A DNA stretch of 50,131 nt from a virus (lineage: Duplodnaviria; Caudoviricetes), in IMG/VR virus record IMGVR_UViG_3300037608_000205, positions 1-50,131 of that record. One strand, given 5' to 3'. The notes beneath the pieces were generated by a model. The model saw nothing but the letters and a program-made list of their open reading frames with translations. It was not told the origin of the DNA and searched no databases. Position 1 is the first letter of the stretch. Each line of letters opens with the position of its first letter. This document shows, piece by piece, positions 18,843 through 27,412 of the stretch. The position numbers and the translations under genes are program-made.

Positions 18843-19421
18843 CACTTTCAAGACTGCGTATCCTAAATCGTGCTTAAGGTCCTTTATTGCCTGATTTAAC
18901 AAAGTATTTAAACTGTTCAGGTACTCAATGCGATCTTTACTACTATCAGCTTCGTCTTTCAAGGCCTGTAAAACTGCATTATGTTTTTTTAAAGCTTCTT
19001 GGTATAAACGTTCTTTCTCTTGTTTCAACTGTTTATGCTTCAAATATACAGCAAATCGGACACCGCCTGCAGCTAAAATCGTAACTGGTAATGCTAACAC
19101 AAATATGCCTGCTACTGAAGCTGAAACAGCACCATTAAGAAGCGTTGTTGAAACAAACCCCCCTGCTGTAGCAAGACCTGACATAATACCAGGACCGCTC
19201 AGTCCGACTGTGCCTAAAGCATACAATGCTGTAAAAGATCCAACAGCACCAATTCCAGCTCCTACAACTCCCATTAATACTTCTGGAATAGCGCTCTCTC
19301 TAATCGTCCTCTTTTTATCATTTAAAGCTTCAGCTGATTCGTTTACAACATCAACCACATTTTGCAGAGCCTCAACACTCTGAAATTTCATTTCTTTCTT
19401 CTTTTTAACATAATCGCCCAT
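18837..19421 (-). CDS. Moron gene A, long form: Gly-rich hydrophobic hairpin + coiled coil; paralog of 24742-25182
   Basis: Shares FQSVEALQ, ESAIPE, EKERL, YLNSLN, DLKHDL with 24742-25182; long GxxxG-rich membrane segment. Confidence 0.8.
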   Translation of the reverse strand: MGDYVKKKKEMKFQSVEALQNVVDVVNESAEALNDKKRTIRESAIPEVLMGVVGAGIGAVGSFTALYALGTVGLSGPGIMSGLATAGGFVSTTLLNGAVSASVAGIFVLALPVTILAAGGVRFAVYLKHKQLKQEKERLYQEALKKHNAVLQALKDEADSSKDRIEYLNSLNTLLNQAIKDLKHDLGYAVLKVI

Positions 19422-19542
19422 ACTTATTCTCCTTATAATTCTCTGATCATAACTAGAATCTAATTACACTCTCAATTCTACATCAAGCTTTAAATTTCAT
19501 TGTTCATTAATAGTTAAGAAGAAATAAAGCGATGTCTTGTAA

Positions 19543-19571
19543 ATTTTAACATGTACTGCATTCCCTTTCAA
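19543..19571 (-). promoter_or_regulatory. Sigma-A promoter with extended -10 for cassette copy 1
   Basis: TTGAAA-17bp-TAAAAT with TGn; same architecture as 25302-25330. Confidence 0.7.
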
Positions 19572-19780
19572 CAACAACCTTCTTGATCATTATTCTAACA
19601 CCTAGATTCTAAGTTTATAAATAAAGAATCGCTTTGAAAGTTATGAAACATATGCCTTCCATCTACATTAATATTGAATTTATTGGGCGAAAAATTGAGT
19701 TTGTTATAATTATTGTGAAAACATACTTAAAGAGTTATTTAGTTTTTTTTACACTTAGAATCTAGATTATACTCTTATCA

Positions 19781-21013
19781 TCACGGCTCACCACCACTCT
19801 CACCCAAGGCTTTCTTTGCATAAGCTCCAGCCAGCTTAAGGGGCAGCATGTTGCCATTGACCAGATACAGATCACCACCGTCCTCTTCAGAGATGGGATC
19901 CATGTTCTCCATCCGCCTTACATCATTGACGGAGAAGAAACCATTTTGAATGCCGATGGCATAACCATCCATCCTGGACTTATAATCCCCTCTCATCAGT
20001 GCCGATGCGTTGAAGGACACGAAGCAATGGCCTTTCTCTTTTTCAAGAAAGAGCTTCTTGTTCATAGCCTGCTCTATTCGAACCAGCCAAGGCCGGATGG
20101 TATGGACCACAAAGCTGATGGACTGATTTTCGATGTTACTGAAAGAACTCTTGCTAAGATCCGCCACCATATGGGGTGGCACTTGAAAGATTCTACAAAT
20201 TTCCTCTATCTGAAACTTCCTCGTCTCTAGAAACTGGGCGTCGGAGTTTGGCATGCTGATAGCTTGGTACTGAAGGCCGTCCTCCAAGACCGCTACCTTG
20301 TTGCTGTTGTTGACACCGCCATAGGCCGATTGCCACGCGTCCCTCACCTTTGTTGGATCCTTTATGGTGCCTTGAGTGGAAAGAATGCCGCTTGGCGTGG
20401 CGTTGTTGGCAAAGAACCTGCCGCCATACTCCTCGGCGGCAATGTTAAGCCCAATGGCGTTTTTTGCAAGGGCCACCGGCGAGTAGCCTATGACGCCGTC
20501 AAAGCCAAGGCCCGGTATGTGCAGAATATCATCCGGTCCCAAATAGTGGGTGGTGCTTTCTTTTCGGTATGAGTAGTAGAGATTACCTTTGCTTTCTCGG
20601 TCCACTGTTATCTTATCCGGTAGAAGGGGATACAGATACTTCACCTCTCCCTTGCCGTTTCGTATGATCTGGCAGTATGCGTTTCCCCATAGCAGCAGAT
20701 GGGTCAACATGGTCTCCCTTAGGGTAAATGAGGTCATCTCGGGATTGGGTTCATCATGCAATACCTTGTACAAGGGATGAGTGTATATTTTTTCCTTCCC
20801 TTCACCTTGATACCGATAGGTGTGAAGCGGCAATGACGCCACGGTCTCCGCGATGATTCTCACACAGGCAAAAACCGCGGTGGTCTGCATGGCACTTCTT
20901 TCGTTAACCACCTTACCTGATACGCTTGTTCCCATGTAGAAATTTGGAGCGTTGCTTACACTGTCTGTAGGCTCCGCCTTGGCTCTTTTAAGCCATTTTA
21001 AAAAGTCTGCCAC
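19781..21013 (-). CDS. Portal protein, HK97 family
   Basis: AVFACVRIIAETVASLPL, LLWGNAY, HIPGLGFDG, ICRIFQVPP motifs. Confidence 0.95.
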   Translation of the reverse strand: MADFLKWLKRAKAEPTDSVSNAPNFYMGTSVSGKVVNERSAMQTTAVFACVRIIAETVASLPLHTYRYQGEGKEKIYTHPLYKVLHDEPNPEMTSFTLRETMLTHLLLWGNAYCQIIRNGKGEVKYLYPLLPDKITVDRESKGNLYYSYRKESTTHYLGPDDILHIPGLGFDGVIGYSPVALAKNAIGLNIAAEEYGGRFFANNATPSGILSTQGTIKDPTKVRDAWQSAYGGVNNSNKVAVLEDGLQYQAISMPNSDAQFLETRKFQIEEICRIFQVPPHMVADLSKSSFSNIENQSISFVVHTIRPWLVRIEQAMNKKLFLEKEKGHCFVSFNASALMRGDYKSRMDGYAIGIQNGFFSVNDVRRMENMDPISEEDGGDLYLVNGNMLPLKLAGAYAKKALGESGGEP

Positions 21014-21027
21014 GATTTATTTACCTC

Positions 21028-22584
21028 CTATCCTAAAATGATCATATCGCGTTCATCATAAATGGAGCCTTCATCATCCGGTGGATTTACCGCAGCTCTT
21101 GCTAGTCCCATAATGAGGGCGACAATGCCATCAATCTTGTCAGCAGACTTTTCCTTATCCACCTTGATGTTGCCAGCCGGGTCTGTCCGGACCACAATAT
21201 TGTCCGCCATCCACCGTAGGACCGGATGACCGCCATGGGCAATCTGTTTGCTCAATATAAGCCGCATAAGATCCTTTGTCGGCGGGGACATATCCTTGAA
21301 GCCTTGTCCAAACGGAACCACTGTAAATCCCATCCCCTCAAGGTTCTGACTCATTTGAGTAGCACCCCATCGATCATAGACAATCTCTCTTATATTGTAC
21401 ATCTCGCCAAGGCGCTCGATAATCTTCTCGATATAGCCGTAGTGGACCACGTTCCCTTCTGTAAGAAGAATTCGTCCTTGCTTGTGCCAAATGTCATAGG
21501 GAACGCTATCTCGCTTAACCCGCTGATGAAGAGTTTCTTCCGGGATCCAGAAGAAAGGCACTACCTGGTATTTATCCATTTCATCCTCCGGCGGAAACAC
21601 CAATACAAATGCGGTGATGTCCGTGGTGGATGAAAGGTCCAGGCCGCCATAGCAGACGCGTCCTTCCAATTCTTTCGGGTCTATAGAAAAATTACATAGG
21701 TCCCATTTGTCCATGGGCATCCATTTGATTTCCTGCTTTAGCCACATATTCAGTCTAAGCTGTTTAAAGAGAGCCAGATCGGCTGGATCATCTTTGACCT
21801 GGTTATAATGTTCCCTGACCCGCTCTATGGAAATGGTATGGTTAAGGCTTGGGTTGGCCTTATACCAATTGCTTTCATCCGCGATATCCGCATCGTCCTC
21901 CAGCCCGTAAATAATGGACAGGAAGGCTGGATCTACTCTTTTACCTTCCAAGACATCCTTTGCCTTTTGGTGCATCTCCCAGCCATAACCGGAGAGCTGG
22001 TTGCCGGCGGTGGTGAGGTATAAAAAGAGGGGCTGTGTTCTGGCATCGCCTGATCCGGTGGTGAGCATCTTCGCCAAATCCGGATTGGGATAGGTCCAGA
22101 TCTCATCCAGGATGACACAGGAGGCGTTGATTCCAGACTTTGATTTGACATCAGAGCTTAATACCTGATAGAAGCTGCCTGTCTTAGGGTAGGTGATGCG
22201 TTTGGTTGACCTTACAAGGTTTGTCACCTTTGACAGGGTGGGATTTCCTTCCACAAAGTTCATGCTGGTGTTGAAAATGATGCTGGCCTGTTGTCTGTCA
22301 CAAGCTGCCACATACACTTCCGCATTGGGTTCGCCGTCGGCTAGAAGCATATATAGTGCAATGGCTGCGCCGAGCTCACTTTTTCCATTTTTCTTTCCGA
22401 TCTCCACATAAGCGGTGCGGAACTGACGGGTGCCATCTTCTCTTAATGTTCCAAATAGTTTCTTCACCAGATCCTTCTCCCAAGTAAGTAGTCTGAAAGG
22501 CTGTCCGGCCCATCTGCCTTTTGTCAGCTTTAGTTGCTCGATAAAATCAATGGCATGATTGGCATGGGCTTCGCTATAGGACAT
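21028..22584 (-). CDS. terL: Terminase large subunit
   Basis: Walker A GKKNGKS, Walker B VILDE, nuclease GGLDLS and KIDGIVA. Confidence 0.96.
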   Translation of the reverse strand: MSYSEAHANHAIDFIEQLKLTKGRWAGQPFRLLTWEKDLVKKLFGTLREDGTRQFRTAYVEIGKKNGKSELGAAIALYMLLADGEPNAEVYVAACDRQQASIIFNTSMNFVEGNPTLSKVTNLVRSTKRITYPKTGSFYQVLSSDVKSKSGINASCVILDEIWTYPNPDLAKMLTTGSGDARTQPLFLYLTTAGNQLSGYGWEMHQKAKDVLEGKRVDPAFLSIIYGLEDDADIADESNWYKANPSLNHTISIERVREHYNQVKDDPADLALFKQLRLNMWLKQEIKWMPMDKWDLCNFSIDPKELEGRVCYGGLDLSSTTDITAFVLVFPPEDEMDKYQVVPFFWIPEETLHQRVKRDSVPYDIWHKQGRILLTEGNVVHYGYIEKIIERLGEMYNIREIVYDRWGATQMSQNLEGMGFTVVPFGQGFKDMSPPTKDLMRLILSKQIAHGGHPVLRWMADNIVVRTDPAGNIKVDKEKSADKIDGIVALIMGLARAAVNPPDDEGSIYDERDMIILG

Positions 22585-22620
22585 CGGGTCTTCCTCCTTT
22601 TATGTGTTCTATTCATCTTC

Positions 22621-23121
22621 TTAATCTTCCAGCAGCTCTTCGACACTTGGAACGTTTGAGAGTAAGGCTTCCATGACACTGCCTTCGATGGTGTTTCCGG
22701 CATTGCTGATATTTAGCCGGCTTCTTGCCGATGGACTTAAACCCAACTCTGAACAGAAATTTCGCATCTGCTTTAAATTCTGCTGGGCGATAGAGACTTG
22801 AGGTATCTGCTGGATGTATCCTGAAGCGGTCTTTAAGATGGAGCCGTGTTTCGATATGAATTCCTCGGCTTCCTTCCATCTGGCATAGGCCTGGCAGTAG
22901 CCTGCAAAAGCGGCCATATCGACTTGTGTCAGCAAACCCATGGTTTCCAGTTCTTTTGAAAGCCTTCGCCATTCTTTCTTAGCGTCCGGCTCAAGCCATG
23001 ACGGGCACTTGGGGGCTTGTTGTTTCGGTTTCGGTTCATTTTTATTCAGCGGTCTTTTTCCAGGGTTTCCTTCCAACTCCTTAATTGCTGTTGGTTTGGG
23101 TGGTCTTCCTCGACCTGCCAT
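22621..23121 (-). CDS. terS: Terminase small subunit, P27 family
   Basis: GRPPKPTA..LEGNPGKR, CPSWL, ELGLSPSAR motifs. Confidence 0.93.
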   Translation of the reverse strand: MAGRGRPPKPTAIKELEGNPGKRPLNKNEPKPKQQAPKCPSWLEPDAKKEWRRLSKELETMGLLTQVDMAAFAGYCQAYARWKEAEEFISKHGSILKTASGYIQQIPQVSIAQQNLKQMRNFCSELGLSPSARSRLNISNAGNTIEGSVMEALLSNVPSVEELLED

Positions 23122-23149
23122 AAGCTTTCACCTCCTTTTCTCTGCATAG

Positions 23150-23178
23150 AAAAAGGAACTCTCATCTTGAAAGTCCCT
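23150..23178 (-). terminator. Intrinsic terminator after cassette copy 2
   Basis: Minus strand AGGGACTTTC-AAGAT-GAGAGTTCCT-TTTT. Confidence 0.7.
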
Positions 23179-23329
23179 GTTTGAGCTTCTATTTTCTATT
23201 TATACTTTTTCGCGTCTATACAAAACCCGCCTCATTATGGGGAGAATTATTTACCTTTCGATTACTGCTTCCTCTATTTTTTTACTAAATAAAAAAATCT
23301 CGCTTATTCAAAGAGGCTAAATAGTATAA

Positions 23330-24730
23330 TTAAATTATATATTCAGTATACAATCTGTCTGCTTCATCAAGCTCTTTTTGCATACCTTCTTCTAATTGAC
23401 CGGTTATAAACTCCTTTTTTAATTTTGTAATAAAACGAATATCAGAGAAGAGTCTAGAAACTGTTACAAGCAATCCACCAATATCTAGCTGTTTAGGATT
23501 TTCAGTTATACATGAGACAGCAATATTACTACTTGTTGCAATAACGTTTGAATATATAAGTACTTTTCTAGTTCTTGCTTCATAGAACTCCCGGTCTCCA
23601 TCAACTTCCGGATCATAAAATAATCCATGCAATAATCCAATAATCATATTGATAATTATCGAAATCCCTGCTGATCCGCTTACAATTTTGGTATCTCTAG
23701 CAAAACACAATGCATCATATTGGTTTTTATAAAGATTTCCTGCCAAACTTTCTGAAAATGCTCCTAAAAACGGAACAGGCAATCCTAATTTTGTGTATTT
23801 ATCAGATTCATAATGAAGAGCTTGCCTGAATAATGCAGCAGGAAGTCTATGAAAATCATCTTTTATCCAATAATGCGCTTCTCCAAATACCTGAATAATA
23901 AAAACCGTCTCATCTGTGAATTTTCCGTTTTTTATACGATATGATGTCAGATTATTCAATGTCAAAGTATCTGTTAATATATTGGCAGTTCCAAACACCC
24001 ATCCTAAAATAGGATCATGACCTAATGTCTTATATCTATGGTTTTTACCTTCCATATTAATACCTATAGCAGGAGAACCTGCCGTAACATCATAAGGAAC
24101 TCCCTTATAAAGTATCTCCTTCCATGACTTGCCTTCTTTTTCTCTTAGTCTACTACCTTTACTATCTTTACTCGTATCCCAATCCTTATGTTTATCAGCA
24201 AACACGTCTTTTTTCTCTTTGACTTTTGCATCTCCTGCTTTATCATCAATTCTAGTATTAGAATCAATTTTCTCTCCAAGTTCTGGCAAAAGCACCCATT
24301 TTATCGTTTGTAAAGCTGTTGCAATAAATAAAAATATTATATCCGTTCGATTCATTTTTACTTTTGAAGCAAACTCATCCTTAATACGTTCAAGGTCATC
24401 GAGTGCAAATGCAAATTCGTGGCTAGATAGAATATCTTCCAACTCAACTTCATACGGAATCATTTCATTAGCTTCTTCAACTAGAACTTCCCAATCTTTT
24501 AATGTTGATAATATGACTAATCGTTCTAATTGTTCACTTCCGCTAGGCTTAATAATCTCATCTAAATCATATCCTAAGTCTTTAAGCAATGCCTCACTTG
24601 ATTCAATACTAGATTCAGCTTTTCTTTTGACTTTCTTATTTTGGTCGCTTATTGACTCTGACAACATCTCATTCATTTTGAGAACTTTATTCTTATTTTT
24701 TTCATCTTGAGTGTACTTATATTTTCCCAT
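23330..24730 (-). CDS. Moron gene B: uncharacterised 466-aa protein (N-terminal coiled coil, HRYKTLGHDPILG motif, hydrophobic C-terminal helices)
   Basis: Long AT-rich ORF, 11 nt downstream of gene A; no enzyme motif recognised with confidence. Confidence 0.8.
   Translation of the reverse strand: MGKYKYTQDEKNKNKVLKMNEMLSESISDQNKKVKRKAESSIESSEALLKDLGYDLDEIIKPSGSEQLERLVILSTLKDWEVLVEEANEMIPYEVELEDILSSHEFAFALDDLERIKDEFASKVKMNRTDIIFLFIATALQTIKWVLLPELGEKIDSNTRIDDKAGDAKVKEKKDVFADKHKDWDTSKDSKGSRLREKEGKSWKEILYKGVPYDVTAGSPAIGINMEGKNHRYKTLGHDPILGWVFGTANILTDTLTLNNLTSYRIKNGKFTDETVFIIQVFGEAHYWIKDDFHRLPAALFRQALHYESDKYTKLGLPVPFLGAFSESLAGNLYKNQYDALCFARDTKIVSGSAGISIIINMIIGLLHGLFYDPEVDGDREFYEARTRKVLIYSNVIATSSNIAVSCITENPKQLDIGGLLVTVSRLFSDIRFITKLKKEFITGQLEEGMQKELDEADRLYTEYII
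23409..23720. repeat. Direct repeat copy 2 (about 94% identical to 18531-18842)
   Basis: Manual ungapped alignment. Confidence 0.9.
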
Positions 24731-24741
24731 TGCAAACGCCC

Positions 24742-25182
24742 TTATGTTACATATTCCAAATCATGTTTGAGATCATTAATTGCCTGCTGGAGCAAAATAT
24801 TGAGGCTATTTAAATAGTTAATTCGCTCATTATTAGAATCAGATTCCTTTTTCAAAGCTTCTAAAATTTCATTATGTTTCTTTAATACTTCTTGAAACAG
24901 ACGCTCCTTCTCTTGTTCTAATTGCTTATACTTCTTATACTTCAGATGAGCTACCATACCTAAGCCGCCGGCAGCAAGTGCAGCTAAAACAAAAACGCCA
25001 GCAACTGCTACAATTCCACCAGTAAAAGCAACTCCTAATAGTTCTGGAATTGCACTTTCTGTTATCGTTCTCTTTTTGTCTTTAAGAGCTTCATCTGATT
25101 CGTTAACAACACTAACGACAGTCTGCAAAGCCTCAACACTTTGAAATCTCATATCTTTCTTTCTCTTTATGTATTCACTCAT
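24742..25182 (-). CDS. Moron gene A, short form (Gly-rich segment internally shortened)
   Basis: Paralog of 18837-19421 lacking roughly 45-50 residues of the hydrophobic Gly-rich stretch. Start MSEYIK aligns with MGDYVK. Confidence 0.78.
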   Translation of the reverse strand: MSEYIKRKKDMRFQSVEALQTVVSVVNESDEALKDKKRTITESAIPELLGVAFTGGIVAVAGVFVLAALAAGGLGMVAHLKYKKYKQLEQEKERLFQEVLKKHNEILEALKKESDSNNERINYLNSLNILLQQAINDLKHDLEYVT

Positions 25183-25301
25183 AATCAACCCCCCCAAGAT
25201 TTGATATATTATTCATTCCTAAACTCCACTTCAATTTTTAAATTACAATTGAATTCGCTATTCTCAGGCCTTTTACGAGGAAATTAAGCAATTGATTCCA
25301 T

Positions 25302-25330
25302 ATTATAACATTTATTAAACCCTCTTTCAA
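25302..25330 (-). promoter_or_regulatory. Near-consensus sigma-A promoter with extended -10 for cassette copy 2
   Basis: TTGAAA-17bp-TATAAT preceded by TGT. Confidence 0.78.
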
Positions 25331-25619
25331 TAAATTCAGCGTGTTTCAGTGCGGTTATTCCAACAACCCTTAACTTTAAAAGTGCTTAATAAGCCTCAAG
25401 TTTAAGCAGAAGTAGTCCTGGAGTATTCCATTACTTCCTTTCGAAACTCAACATATGTGTTTTTCATATACTCTCCGATAAGGGTATTGTTTAGGCAGTT
25501 ACATAATGCAAAACCATCCGTTTTGATAATCTTCGTACCAAGAAACACATATTTCAACAAATCCAGTGACGTATGCTTTTAATTCGTGTCTGCATAAAAT
25601 CCGCCTTAATGGTGCAATG

Positions 25620-25829
25620 TTATTTACCTCTGATCCCTTTGAAGTTGTAATTTCCTTTTTTGATTTCCTCCTGGTCTGCCTCGACCGCTTTTTTATACTC
25701 GGGACTTTTTGTTTCCTTCTCCTTGCAGCTCATGCATAGACAATCCTCGTTGAACATAGACATGATGCGTCCACCTTCCAGGTTGCAGCAGCAGCGGTCG
25801 CAGTATTTTTGATTGAAAAATCGATCCAT
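25620..25829 (-). CDS. Small Cys-rich phage protein
   Basis: CDRC and CMSC pairs; RBS GAGG; co-oriented with neighbours. Confidence 0.7.
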   Translation of the reverse strand: MDRFFNQKYCDRCCCNLEGGRIMSMFNEDCLCMSCKEKETKSPEYKKAVEADQEEIKKGNYNFKGIRGK

Positions 25830-25838
25830 TTTTTCCTC

Positions 25839-26027
25839 CTACTCCACATCGACATATTCCATGATGATGGATAGCGCCTCGCTATAACTTCTTGCCTCTT
25901 TTGGTATTCTGCCTATCATCTCTTTCGCCTTTTCTGGTTCGCTATTCTCTTTCAAGGCTCTTGACGCAAGCCCCATCAAATTAAAAATGTTGCCGTCCTC
26001 ACCTATTAGTTTGCATCTAGGCTTCAT
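25839..26027 (-). CDS. Hypothetical phage protein
   Basis: KPRCKLIGEDGNIFNLMG...SYSEAL..IMEYV; overlaps the upstream gene stop. Confidence 0.7.
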   Translation of the reverse strand: MKPRCKLIGEDGNIFNLMGLASRALKENSEPEKAKEMIGRIPKEARSYSEALSIIMEYVDVE

Positions 26028-26850
26028 CTGTTTCACCAACCTTTCTGAAGGCGCCGCTGCCTTCCAAGTGCTTTAGAAGTGTCTTTCTCGCTTCCTTATA
26101 CTCCGGGCCATTCAAGCCAATGCGAGTAAGCCAGGTTCTAAGGGCATACTTCGGATTGTCAAGCTGAGCCTGCTTGAAGGATGTTCGCTTTAGCGTTTTT
26201 GCATATTCAGTGATACTTGCACAAAGGTCTTTAAAAGCGTCAATTTTCTCAGGTGTTAACTCTGTTCCCATAAGCCAGAAGCTGAATGTTTTCTTAGCAA
26301 AATCAATCTCAAATCCAGGACACCTATTTGCTCCTATCTTTTTAATAGCTGCTTCCAATCCTGCTAAATCTTCAACGCTCTGGTTATCTAAGTCTTTCAC
26401 AAAGCTATCATCCATTAAAGATTCATTTGTTTCGAATGCCATACCAATCAGATTCTGTTTGCTATAAAGCATGTTAATGATGTTCTTTAGGCTGATGCCC
26501 GTATGGTCTCCTATATCCAGTTTCACCTCTAGGTTGTCAATATCTATCCATGCATCACCTGCTGACCTCTCTTCATGGGCTTTTATTACCTCTTCTGATT
26601 CAGCTGCTTTGCTTTCTTCGTTGCAACTTCTTTCTAACTTATCAGCTTCTTCTGTTCTGGGTAAAGTCAGTATATCTTCCATAGTCGTTGACTCCCCATC
26701 TTGTGAAGTGATGTTACCATGCCTGTCGATAGTGTAGATTTCATTTTCTGTTCTGATTTCATAAGCAAAGCTTGGAACACTTAAGTATTTAGGTTTAACA
26801 CCCAAGTGCTCGCCTAATCGTTTAATCATTACTTTTCGCTCCATTTTCAT
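26017..26850 (-). CDS. Phage 'virulence-related' protein with amidoligase-type C-terminal motif
   Basis: YLSVPSFAYEI N-terminus; NPKYALRTWLTRIGLNGPEYKEARKTLLKHLEG C-terminus. Start after GGGAGG. Confidence 0.65.
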   Translation of the reverse strand: MKMERKVMIKRLGEHLGVKPKYLSVPSFAYEIRTENEIYTIDRHGNITSQDGESTTMEDILTLPRTEEADKLERSCNEESKAAESEEVIKAHEERSAGDAWIDIDNLEVKLDIGDHTGISLKNIINMLYSKQNLIGMAFETNESLMDDSFVKDLDNQSVEDLAGLEAAIKKIGANRCPGFEIDFAKKTFSFWLMGTELTPEKIDAFKDLCASITEYAKTLKRTSFKQAQLDNPKYALRTWLTRIGLNGPEYKEARKTLLKHLEGSGAFRKVGETDEA

Positions 26851-26872
26851 ACCTCCCTGCGTTTTGGTACTT

Positions 26873-26906
26873 ACATTAATCACTCTAAACGCAGGATATA
26901 TCAAGT
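26873..26906 (-). promoter_or_regulatory. Putative promoter, shared motif
   Basis: ACTTGATAT-N11-AGAGTGATTAATGT, followed by GTACCAAAA. Confidence 0.55.
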
Positions 26907-26995
26907 GTTTTCTCAAAATATCATGCATAAGTTTCTCTCATTAAATATCAAAGCGCGTCATTTAATATATTCTTTAAAAAGGGAAATATGACTTT

Positions 26996-27307
26996 TTAAA
27001 GTTCTAAGCCAGTGTAACGCGGATAATCATACCCTTCTGCATTGACCAGCACTATATCTCTGGTGTCTCTGTTGACCACTCGGATGCATCTGATTTCACC
27101 TTCTTTGTTCACACCACCATCTTTAGTCAAAATCCAAGGCTGGTCCTTTAAGAAGTCTTCAGCAAACTCTCTAAAGTCTTTGTCATCGAGAATGACTTCT
27201 CGGATGACGGTGTAGGGTTGGCCTTCCTTGCCTTCCTGGATGGCTTGGTCAGTAAGTTCTTTCAGTTCTTCTAAATCACAAATCTTTCTTCCAAATAAAG
27301 CTCTCAT
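26996..27307 (-). CDS. Hypothetical phage protein
   Basis: FAEDFLKDQPWI...LVNAEGYDYPRY; RBS GGAGG. Confidence 0.7.
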   Translation of the reverse strand: MRALFGRKICDLEELKELTDQAIQEGKEGQPYTVIREVILDDKDFREFAEDFLKDQPWILTKDGGVNKEGEIRCIRVVNRDTRDIVLVNAEGYDYPRYTGLEL

Positions 27308-27336
27308 TATTTTCCTCCACTGTGCTTTTGGTACTA

Positions 27337-27370
27337 CTATATATCGCTCAAAAGCTTGGAAATTGCAAGT
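27337..27370 (-). promoter_or_regulatory. Putative promoter, shared motif
   Basis: ACTTGCAAT-N11-TGAGCGATATATAG, followed by GTACCAAAA. Confidence 0.55.
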
Positions 27371-27412
27371 GGTATTTAAGGATTAATGAATAATTTCAAA
27401 TGATCCTATGTC

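Noticed and set aside
25400-25565. Short minus-strand open frame (about 50 codons) upstream of cassette copy 2
   Set aside because: No clear RBS or motif; cannot be supported.
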